Both the position numbers and the translations under genes were made by a program. DNA of 58,859 nt from Marinifilum sp. (lineage in GTDB: Bacteria; Bacteroidota; Bacteroidia; Bacteroidales; CG2-30-32-10). The DNA is taken from the NCBI GenBank assembly GCA_020718065.1, contig DYDE01000008.1, positions 1 through 58,859 on the forward strand, written 5' to 3'. The notes beneath the pieces were generated by a model, which ran no database searches, was not told where the DNA came from, and was given only the letters and a program-made list of their open reading frames with translations. Below are positions 26,221-33,939 of this stretch, one piece after another (the stretch's first letter is position 1; each line of letters starts with the position of its first letter).

Positions 26221-26702
26221 TTTTTCAGAAAGGCATCTGTCAACATCACCCTTGCTTTGCAAGGTTGATACCTTATATTTTTTTCCGAAATTTTTCGGAT
26301 TTTTCCCGCCCCCCCTTCAATTCTGAAAGAATATATTTGGTACAAGAGAACAACGGATTTTTAAACCAACAAATTAAAACCCAGTGGCATATATACTATA
26401 TTTATTATTTATATATTTTTTTTCTTTATTGACTTATATAAAAATAGTAAAAGAACAGTACAACAGAACGTACTAATGTACTGTGCTTAAAATCAGTTTA
26501 TTGCTCCGTACTTTTTGCGCACTTTTTTGCACTATTGCACAAAAATTTTTATAAATATTTGATTGTCAGAAAAATTTTACTTTTTTAAAAATACAGTTCT
26601 GTTGTACAAAAAAAAAGACAATTTCTACCAAGTCACCTTATCCAAAATCTTAAATTTATTTTTACACTTTATTAAACAAAATTTTAAAAAAAAATTATAG
26701 AA

Positions 26703-27200
26703 ATGGATTTATATCTTGACTGCGAGTGGTTTATCCCTAATAAATTATTTTTGATTGGCTATTGCTACAATCAAACTTCTTTCAATCAGCTGTATGAAGA
26801 TACGCTCAATTTGCAAAATCTTGTAAATATGTTTTTGCCGGTTGATGGTTTCGTTTATTTCTATGGTCCCGATATTGCGATCATAGAAAATTATTTTCGG
26901 GTAGACGTTCGCCACACAAAAAAATGTATCAACCTCATAAAAGTTTTCAGGCGCTACGAACCTAATCTTAGTTCTTACAAATTAAAATGTTTGGAGTGGC
27001 ACTACGGAATTGAAAGAAAAACAGAAGCTTACAAAGCAAATATTTTTACTTTTTTGCACGATTGGTACAATCCTGAGAAAAGAAAACAAGCATTGTTGTA
27101 TAACAAAGAAGATGTAATCAACCTGATGAAAGTAAAAAAAATGTTCTATTCCGATCACGAAATAGTTAAAAAAGATCTCACCGATATGCTTTTAAAGTAA
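26703..27200 (+). CDS. RNase-H-fold (YprB/PolB-exonuclease-like) nuclease
   Basis: LDCEW (D-x-E), FYGPDIAIIENYF and LYNKEDVINL match the three acidic motifs of the RNase_H_2/DEDD fold. Confidence 0.5.
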   Translation: MDLYLDCEWFIPNKLFLIGYCYNQTSFNQLYEDTLNLQNLVNMFLPVDGFVYFYGPDIAIIENYFRVDVRHTKKCINLIKVFRRYEPNLSSYKLKCLEWHYGIERKTEAYKANIFTFLHDWYNPEKRKQALLYNKEDVINLMKVKKMFYSDHEIVKKDLTDMLLK

Positions 27201-27512
27201 TAAAAAATATTACTTAATATATAGTATCCTTTTTTTAAGGTTTTTTTATCCTTTTTGGTACTTTTTTTTAGTATTAATATTTTTTATTGTTTTTAATATC
27301 AATTATTTAACTTTTACCCTCCTTTTTTCAATTTTTCCCTTCTGCAAGGTTTCACCCGAAATAAACAAAAATACATTAATGTAAAACTACATTAATATAG
27401 CTTAACAAAAATAAATAAGAGTAAACGAAAGTAAAAACGCCATTTTTACTGATTGTAGTTTTGTATTCGATTATTATTAATAGAAATAAACAAAACAAAA
27501 AATTTAATCAGT

Positions 27513-27995
27513 ATGAAAAACCTAAAAGCATTTCTGTCCATAATCTTATCATTATTTAATGGTATGTACAAAATTATGAAAGATGTTGTAGTTCCTGCAA
27601 TCTCTTTTATTCAGTTCATCAAATCGCTGATCGATGATAAAAACTTCAAAACAGCCAAAAACGCCAAAAAAGATGAAGATTTCAACTTTATAGAGTGGCT
27701 TATCGAAAAACTTGGATGGACCGAAACAATGGTTAAAAAGTTTGTAGATGCTTTTATGGTCTCTATAAAAATACTATTACCAGACATTGTTACTGCTGAT
27801 ACTTTTTTTGAAGCATTACGCGAATTCATCGGATACTTAAGAACTCTTGGAGATGCGCAAAAAGCTTTTCTATTTTTCAAATTAGCTTCTATTATGGTTA
27901 TTCATTTAGTTCCCGAAAAGAAACTAAAAGATACAGAAGCTGATTTTATGGTGCAACTGGCTTACACCAAATTAAAATTAACAGATAAGATCTGA
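27513..27995 (+). CDS. first late-block protein, membrane-associated
   Basis: 160 aa with a hydrophobic N-terminus (AFLSIILSLFNGM) and an internal hydrophobic helix. Confidence 0.45.
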   Translation: MKNLKAFLSIILSLFNGMYKIMKDVVVPAISFIQFIKSLIDDKNFKTAKNAKKDEDFNFIEWLIEKLGWTETMVKKFVDAFMVSIKILLPDIVTADTFFEALREFIGYLRTLGDAQKAFLFFKLASIMVIHLVPEKKLKDTEADFMVQLAYTKLKLTDKI

Positions 27996-28033
27996 TCAAT
28001 ACAATTATTTATTAATTAAAAAATCAATACAAT

Positions 28034-28486
28034 ATGAAAAAGTTATTTTTATTATTGTTTGCAATAAGTCTCTTATTCGCAACAAATACACAAGCACAAA
28101 GCCCCACGCCCAAAGTTGGTGAAGATTGGCAGAAAGTTTTTTTCTACAAATACTCAATGGCCACTACTACCAAATCTGTAACGCTTGACTTTTACCCTGA
28201 TCAGAATATTGCATATCTTCAAGTACAAGCAGATTGGTATAGCATGACAGGCGATTCTGCGCAAATAAAAATATATCCGAGTGCCAATGATAGTTTTCCT
28301 AATTCCACACAAATAAATACTCTTAACACTTTAAAGTGGAAAAATGGCAATGGTACTAATATAACGAAATGGGATAAAATAGATGTTTCAAAATATCCTA
28401 TTCGAAAAATTAAAATTACACTTGATACACTCACGGGTATAACAACCGGAAATCTCACCCTTACAGTCAAACCATATTTTAAATAG
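28034..28486 (+). CDS. secreted beta-rich protein
   Basis: Cleavable-looking signal peptide MKKLFLLLFAISLLFATNTQAQ. Confidence 0.5.
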   Translation: MKKLFLLLFAISLLFATNTQAQSPTPKVGEDWQKVFFYKYSMATTTKSVTLDFYPDQNIAYLQVQADWYSMTGDSAQIKIYPSANDSFPNSTQINTLNTLKWKNGNGTNITKWDKIDVSKYPIRKIKITLDTLTGITTGNLTLTVKPYFK

Positions 28487-28514
28487 TTCTTGTTCATAAT
28501 GTCTCAACGGTCGG

Positions 28515-28565
28515 CACCGGAAAGCTGCTAGTTTGCGTCTCTGGCAACTACAGCTTCTCCCGGTG
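28515..28565 (+). other. GC-rich imperfect 51-nt stem-loop in a late intergenic region
   Basis: CACCGG-a-AAGCTG-c-TAGTT / AACTA-CAGCTT-ctc-CCGGTG gives about 17 paired positions. No T-run follows. Confidence 0.6.
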
Positions 28566-28590
28566 TTATTCTAAAACTAAAAAAAACAAA

Positions 28591-29061
28591 ATGGGAAACA
28601 CGGTAAGAAATATTATAATTGGTGGTGGCGTAGTTGCGTTGGGTATTTACTTAAAAAGACTATGGAACATTAAAAACGCTTCCGACAACATTAAGTACCA
28701 AATTATTAATGTTGGCAAACCAACTATAACAGGAGGTCAATTAAAATTAGATGTTGTACTTGCATTCACCAATCCCACCAACCAACCTGTAGATTTAGAA
28801 ACCATATTTCTTGATGTTTCTTTTGCTAATGGAACTCCACTGGCATCAGTAACAAAAACAAATTTTGGAGTAATACAACCAAACAACAGAACTTATATAA
28901 CGCTGCCAATAGAAACCGGTAATCTTACTTTTTTATCAGTAATGAATTTAATAAACCTTATCCGCAATGGGGCACAAGGTTATAAAACTTTATTCATAAA
29001 AGGAAATTACAGGGCTGAAGGTTTCCTGCAAACTATTGAAGAAAACATTGATCTTTTTTAA
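28591..29061 (+). CDS. N-terminally anchored LEA_2/WHy-like beta-sandwich protein
   Basis: TM helix (IIIGGGVVALGIYL), then LKLDVVLAFTNPTNQPVDLETIFLDVSFANGTPLA, which resembles the LEA_2 NPN motif region. Confidence 0.4.
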   Translation: MGNTVRNIIIGGGVVALGIYLKRLWNIKNASDNIKYQIINVGKPTITGGQLKLDVVLAFTNPTNQPVDLETIFLDVSFANGTPLASVTKTNFGVIQPNNRTYITLPIETGNLTFLSVMNLINLIRNGAQGYKTLFIKGNYRAEGFLQTIEENIDLF

Positions 29062-29062
29062 T

Positions 29063-30874
29063 ATGAACAATTTAGGAGCTACCGAAGTACTTGCAATATC
29101 CGCTGAAAAAACAGACGGGTACAATGCCAGTTTCGAGGCAATCAACTTTAATGGTTTCACTCCTAAATATAAAATACTTAACAACTATTCTCACCTGATT
29201 GAACCCGGCGATTTTTCAAAAAAATTCAACGGAAAAGGTTTGGAAGTAACTTTCAAAACCATTCCTGCTGATATTTTAAAATACAATTACCAGGTTAAGA
29301 AATTAGCAAACCATCTTAAAACAGGTAACTACAGACAAGATGGTTTTAATGTATGGCATTGGCTAACAACCAATATCAAATTTAAAAATGATGCTGATGG
29401 CATAGAAGAATTGCGCACGCCTGCAGGTAGCTGGCGCGATCGTTTTTCTGGGATTGACTGCGATTGCTATACGATTTTCGCCTCTTGTTTATTAGTACAA
29501 ATGGGTCATTATCCCATTTGCAAAGTTGTTGCTTTTCCTAGCAACGATCCATTAAAAGCCCCTTCATTTTCACACATTTATGTTTTATTAAATGAAATAA
29601 TTCTGGATCCGGTAATGAAAACTTTTAACCTGGAACCACCAAACATTGTTAAAAATCATAAAATCATGATAGCAAATTATACCCTTAACGGGCTCAACAA
29701 TATTAATGGAGATACAAATTACCAAGCATCTCCATTCGAAACCGAAGTAGCTTCAAATTTAATGAGCTATATCAACGGGCAAACTAATAAAATTGCCAGT
29801 GGAAAATTCAATGCTATGGATTTTTCGAACCTCAAAAAGGCTCAATATTTATTATTCATTAATCCATTGCCTGAACGTGAATTGATTGCTGAACTTTTAG
29901 CAACCCACGTGAAAGATTTTCACAAAAATGGATCTATGCAATTTTACAATCCAGAAATAAACGGATTGTTATACGGAAATCCATTAGGAGCTTTAAATGG
30001 AACTGCTGAAGTAAGTGAAGAAACCAACGAAGAAATTGAACGCATTGGTCAGATATTCGATATTATTGATGATGCTTATGAAAGCAATGATCTTGGTAAA
30101 CTTAAAAATTTTTTAAAGAAAATTGCTCCTAAAAATGTTATCAAAAAAGTAAAAGAAGTAAATAAAAAAATTGTTACCAAAGTTAAAGCCGTAACCAAAA
30201 AAGTTACAGCCACTATTAAAAAGGTAGCAAAAAAGGTTTTGGTTACTTACAATCCTGCATTCGCAATTCCACGGGCAGCTTTTTTGGTTTTAGTAAATCT
30301 CAATGTTTTTAATCTTGGTTTCAAACTTAGCTTAGGTTATTTAACCTTAGAACAGTTTGTAGCTGATGGCGGTGATGCAAGTGAATATCAAAAATGTGTT
30401 GACTCAAAAAATAAAGCTGAAAAACTTTTTGAATTAGTTGGTGGTAGCTTATCTAAGCTTAGACAAGCCGTAGAAAAAGGAAAAGCAAGAAAGGCCAAAA
30501 GAATTGCAAAAAAGACTGTTCGCAAAGCAAGAAAAGGTGGCGTTAGCGGTTTGGGTTTGTATGGTCTTGGTGTTACAGGAGCTGAAGAATCAGCAGCTGC
30601 AGTCGCAGCCAGTTCAACTATTTGGGGCAAAATTCTTGGTTGGTTCAAAAACATCAACTGGAAAAAATTAGTTGGCAAACTAGGAAAAAAAGTTGCTGAA
30701 GGTCCAACCGAAGAAGAGGTTATAGATGATCAGGAATTAAACGCTGATGGAAGTGTTCCTGAAGAATTACAATCTGATTATTCTTCAGGTAGTGGTTCTG
30801 GTATGCCAATTTGGGGATGGGCTCTTATTGGTGTTGGTGTGTTGGGAGCTGGTTATTTAATGTTAAAAAAATAA
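29063..30874 (+). CDS. transglutaminase-like (Cys-His-Asp) domain protein with a Lys-rich repeat region, internal hydrophobic segments and a C-terminal membrane anchor
   Basis: GIDCDCYTIFASCLLVQMGHYP (Cys), SFSHIYVLL (His) and ILDPV (Asp). A KKVKEVNKKIVTKVKAVTKKVTATIKKVAKKV tract. C-terminal PIWGWALIGVGVLGAGYLMLKK. The ORF-track start 29036 is TTG, so I use ATG 29063. Confidence 0.5.
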   Translation: MNNLGATEVLAISAEKTDGYNASFEAINFNGFTPKYKILNNYSHLIEPGDFSKKFNGKGLEVTFKTIPADILKYNYQVKKLANHLKTGNYRQDGFNVWHWLTTNIKFKNDADGIEELRTPAGSWRDRFSGIDCDCYTIFASCLLVQMGHYPICKVVAFPSNDPLKAPSFSHIYVLLNEIILDPVMKTFNLEPPNIVKNHKIMIANYTLNGLNNINGDTNYQASPFETEVASNLMSYINGQTNKIASGKFNAMDFSNLKKAQYLLFINPLPERELIAELLATHVKDFHKNGSMQFYNPEINGLLYGNPLGALNGTAEVSEETNEEIERIGQIFDIIDDAYESNDLGKLKNFLKKIAPKNVIKKVKEVNKKIVTKVKAVTKKVTATIKKVAKKVLVTYNPAFAIPRAAFLVLVNLNVFNLGFKLSLGYLTLEQFVADGGDASEYQKCVDSKNKAEKLFELVGGSLSKLRQAVEKGKARKAKRIAKKTVRKARKGGVSGLGLYGLGVTGAEESAAAVAASSTIWGKILGWFKNINWKKLVGKLGKKVAEGPTEEEVIDDQELNADGSVPEELQSDYSSGSGSGMPIWGWALIGVGVLGAGYLMLKK

Positions 30875-30878
30875 AGTT

Positions 30879-31226
30879 ATGGTACGAGCAAATGAAGCTG
30901 TAAGAAGCAATAAAGCCATAAAGCCTAAAGTAAATATCCCTGGTTTAAAACCAAATATTTTTAAGCTTTTAGATAAATCAACTCAGAATTCGAAAATTAA
31001 TCCTGGAACAATTTTACCGGGTAAAGGTGGACCGGATCCTGATCCTAATGCAACTACTCCTGAAAATGATGTTAGTTATGATGATCCTTCTAAAACTGAA
31101 GATACTTCATTTGAGGAAGAAACCCCAACGAAAAAAACACCATGGGGTTGGATAATTGGATGCGTTGCCGTAGCTGGTGTTATTGGGGCTTTTGCTCTTA
31201 GTGGTAAGAAAAAAAGAAGAAAATAA
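30879..31226 (+). CDS. tail-anchored membrane protein with an acidic Pro/Asp-rich ectodomain
   Basis: C-terminal TPWGWIIGCVAVAGVIGAFALSGKKKRRK. Confidence 0.55.
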   Translation: MVRANEAVRSNKAIKPKVNIPGLKPNIFKLLDKSTQNSKINPGTILPGKGGPDPDPNATTPENDVSYDDPSKTEDTSFEEETPTKKTPWGWIIGCVAVAGVIGAFALSGKKKRRK

Positions 31227-31269
31227 AATTTTTAAATATTAAATAATATTCATCTAAAAATCACAAATT

Positions 31270-31782
31270 ATGAAAAATAAATTTCTTAAATCCATGAAAG
31301 ATGTAAAGAAAACTGGCGTTAATAGCGTTGTAGATTCTTTAATTCGTTCGGGGGCTGCAGTTGGTACCGGTATCGGTTCAACATTGCTAGGCAATAAATT
31401 ATCAGAAAAAATTCCGATGATCGGAAAAATAAAAGGACCTGCTTTGTTTGGTCTAGGAATGCTCGGTGAAGTATTCTTAGGTAACTCAAAAATGAAAGCT
31501 GCAGCTGCAGGTATCTCTACCTGGGGTGCTATCGAAACAACTCATATGTTGTTGCCTGATGCTCAAAAAGAATTATTATCATTTGATAATGCAACTGTTA
31601 TTGCTCCTCCAACAACAACTACTAATGATGTTCCTGATAACGCAAATGGCGTTACTGGTTTTGGTAGTATAGAAGATTGGAATAATGCTTATCGTATGGC
31701 TGAAGAAGCTGCTGGGCAAAATTCTTCAGTTAATGGTACTAATGGAACTGGTGAAAATCCAGATTTATCTAAAATAGTTTAA
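31270..31782 (+). CDS. Gly/Ala-rich membrane-associated late protein
   Basis: Hydrophobic Gly-rich helices (SGAAVGTGIGSTLLG; GPALFGLGMLGEVFLG). Confidence 0.45.
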   Translation: MKNKFLKSMKDVKKTGVNSVVDSLIRSGAAVGTGIGSTLLGNKLSEKIPMIGKIKGPALFGLGMLGEVFLGNSKMKAAAAGISTWGAIETTHMLLPDAQKELLSFDNATVIAPPTTTTNDVPDNANGVTGFGSIEDWNNAYRMAEEAAGQNSSVNGTNGTGENPDLSKIV

Positions 31783-31840
31783 TCTATTTAACTCAATCAA
31801 ACATAATTAATAAAATTTATAAATTTTAACAACTAAAAAA

Positions 31841-32614
31841 ATGGAAAAAGAAGCTTTAATAGTAGGTATTAATGGTACCGCCTTAAGTGCTGCAGTCGTA
31901 AATTCAGATATTAACGAATCTGCAAAAGATGTATTAAAACGCAATGCTACTGGTGAAGAAATGTTAATAGCAAAACGTTATGCTGCTAATGTTCAGAAAA
32001 AAACATATTCTGACAAATATCTAACCAGATCTCAACTCTTTATGGGAGTTAACCAAAATGAACTAAAAAATGAAACCCGTGAAAAATGGAACAACGGCGA
32101 AATAGTTCTTGATGATGCTTATTTTTATGTTCGTAAAGCAATCGTAGGTGGTTCTAATGTTATTAATGTTTTTACAACCTCCATGGATATGGAAGCCGGT
32201 GTTACAAACATTGACAAACAAAAACTTGAAGATTATGTAAATTTAGCTCTATCTCGTATGGAGGTTAATTACGATCAAAGCACAAGCATAACTTCAGTAA
32301 AAAAAGCTGAATTTGCTCCATTATCAGCATCTAATAAAGATACTGCTTTCTTAAACGGCGAAATCGAAGTAGTTGTTGGAACTCAAAAAATTTGTTCTAT
32401 TCCTATCATTCAATTTCAGGAAGGTATTGAAAATTTAAACTGTCCACAAAACGGAGTAAACTTCAAACAACCAAAATTGATAAAAGAAAAAGAAACCATT
32501 CAGATTAATATTGTTATCCCACAAGGAGAAACAATGGCAACCAATGAAGCTGGTACGCTTTATCATTTTGTAGAAATAGTTCTACGTGGTGCAAAAACCA
32601 AATTAAGAAACTAA
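31841..32614 (+). CDS. soluble late protein (structural; capsid-associated candidate)
   Basis: 257 aa with no TM helix. It is followed immediately by the strongest terminator in the late block. Confidence 0.35.
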   Translation: MEKEALIVGINGTALSAAVVNSDINESAKDVLKRNATGEEMLIAKRYAANVQKKTYSDKYLTRSQLFMGVNQNELKNETREKWNNGEIVLDDAYFYVRKAIVGGSNVINVFTTSMDMEAGVTNIDKQKLEDYVNLALSRMEVNYDQSTSITSVKKAEFAPLSASNKDTAFLNGEIEVVVGTQKICSIPIIQFQEGIENLNCPQNGVNFKQPKLIKEKETIQINIVIPQGETMATNEAGTLYHFVEIVLRGAKTKLRN

Positions 32615-32626
32615 TTAATTTCTTAT

Positions 32627-32668
32627 CTCACAGGCTTATTCAATAGCCTGTGAGTATTTTCAATTTTT
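32627..32668 (+). terminator. rho-independent terminator/attenuator inside the late block
   Basis: CTCACAGGCT-tattcaat-AGCCTGTGAG forms a 10-bp stem, followed by tATTTTcaaTTTTTT. Confidence 0.8.
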
Positions 32669-32688
32669 TATTCAAATCTTTTATAGTC

Positions 32689-33513
32689 ATGGAAAATAAA
32701 AACAATGCAATAAACTACATTTTTGGTAAAGCAAAAATTCAAATCCTAAAATGTACAATTCCAGGAAGCAGCCCTGCAGGAAATATTACCTTCAGATTCG
32801 ACTTAGATACTGACTATGAAAAATGTACAGGTTTTGCAATCGCTAATAAAAATACAACTTTTGTAGGTTTTAATAATGATTTATCCATTGAAAATCAAAA
32901 TGGTACTTTTTTAAATCCTACCAATTTTGATTTTTTAAACAGAACAATTTCTGGTATCAATCAGGAAGATAGATATTGGAATTGTTATATTCCTGCAAGA
33001 GGTAGAAGGGTATCAGTTCACTTAGATCATAGTGGTGTAAGCGCAGTAGATAAAGTTTTTTATATTTTATTCAGATTAGAAAATAATGTACCTGTTCCTC
33101 AATTTGAATATAACCTACAACAAAAATTATTAAACTTTACACCTACAGAGGCTCAAATGCCATATACTCAATTAGATTATATTTATTTTGACAATTCATA
33201 TAATGAATGTATAGGATTTCAAACAATTAATATTGCAGGTGATGACAGTACCGGAACATTTCTGAGAACTTCACAATATGCAACAACTTTTAATGATGGT
33301 GATAAAATCTTATTAGAAGATTGTAATAATCTATTTCCAGAAATAGATCAAACGGTATCGATCAACAAAAGTGCTTTTCCATTAAATTTTAATTCGATGA
33401 ATAAAACCATCAGAATTAAAACATATATGGAAGCATATGTTACACCTGCGCCAGCTACTTACAACTTAAATAATATAATAGTTTTTATTTTAAAGAGACC
33501 TTATAGAGCATAA
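32689..33513 (+). CDS. internally duplicated beta-rich late protein (candidate double-barrel major capsid protein)
   Basis: The two halves share FD..Y.(K/E)C.GF, (N/T)GTFL and a terminal (V/I)F.IL.R strand. The ORF-track start 32650 is a GTG inside the terminator, so I use ATG 32689. Confidence 0.35.
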   Translation: MENKNNAINYIFGKAKIQILKCTIPGSSPAGNITFRFDLDTDYEKCTGFAIANKNTTFVGFNNDLSIENQNGTFLNPTNFDFLNRTISGINQEDRYWNCYIPARGRRVSVHLDHSGVSAVDKVFYILFRLENNVPVPQFEYNLQQKLLNFTPTEAQMPYTQLDYIYFDNSYNECIGFQTINIAGDDSTGTFLRTSQYATTFNDGDKILLEDCNNLFPEIDQTVSINKSAFPLNFNSMNKTIRIKTYMEAYVTPAPATYNLNNIIVFILKRPYRA

Positions 33514-33517
33514 AAAA

Positions 33518-33928
33518 ATGGTAAAAGAATTTATAAAAAACCATATCAATCCAAATACATTTAATGATTATAAATTAAACAATGGAGTTTGGACATTGGC
33601 TGAGTGGCAAAGTAATGCGCTTGGTAATAATCCTTTTGATATAGGCGATTCTCTTTATTTCTTTTATTATTTTCAAATGATCGGTATTATTGACAATGTC
33701 AATGACCTTTCTAAAGGTATTGCTATCATAGTTAATGATAGAACAAATACCCAAAGAGTTGACTATAAAAATCGTGTTAAATATACCTCTATTGATGGGG
33801 CTTATATAGCAAGTTCTGATTTTATTTCATTACACGAAAAAAGTGTAAAAATAACAATCCCTTCAGCAAATGTGTTTTCTGAAATCATTCAGGGACATAT
33901 TGCTTATTATTCTTTAACAAAATTATAA
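33518..33928 (+). CDS. hypothetical late protein
   Basis: 136 aa with no TM helix and no motif. Confidence 0.45.
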   Translation: MVKEFIKNHINPNTFNDYKLNNGVWTLAEWQSNALGNNPFDIGDSLYFFYYFQMIGIIDNVNDLSKGIAIIVNDRTNTQRVDYKNRVKYTSIDGAYIASSDFISLHEKSVKITIPSANVFSEIIQGHIAYYSLTKL

Positions 33929-33939
33929 ACGACCGTATT

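Noticed and set aside
29036-29062. Upstream TTG/GTG extensions of ORF-track starts (2861, 8585, 13470, 14737, 25132, 29036, 32650, 35344)
   Set aside because: The extensions overlap the preceding gene, a -7 promoter box or a terminator hairpin. In each case an ATG a few codons downstream gives a cleaner gene boundary.
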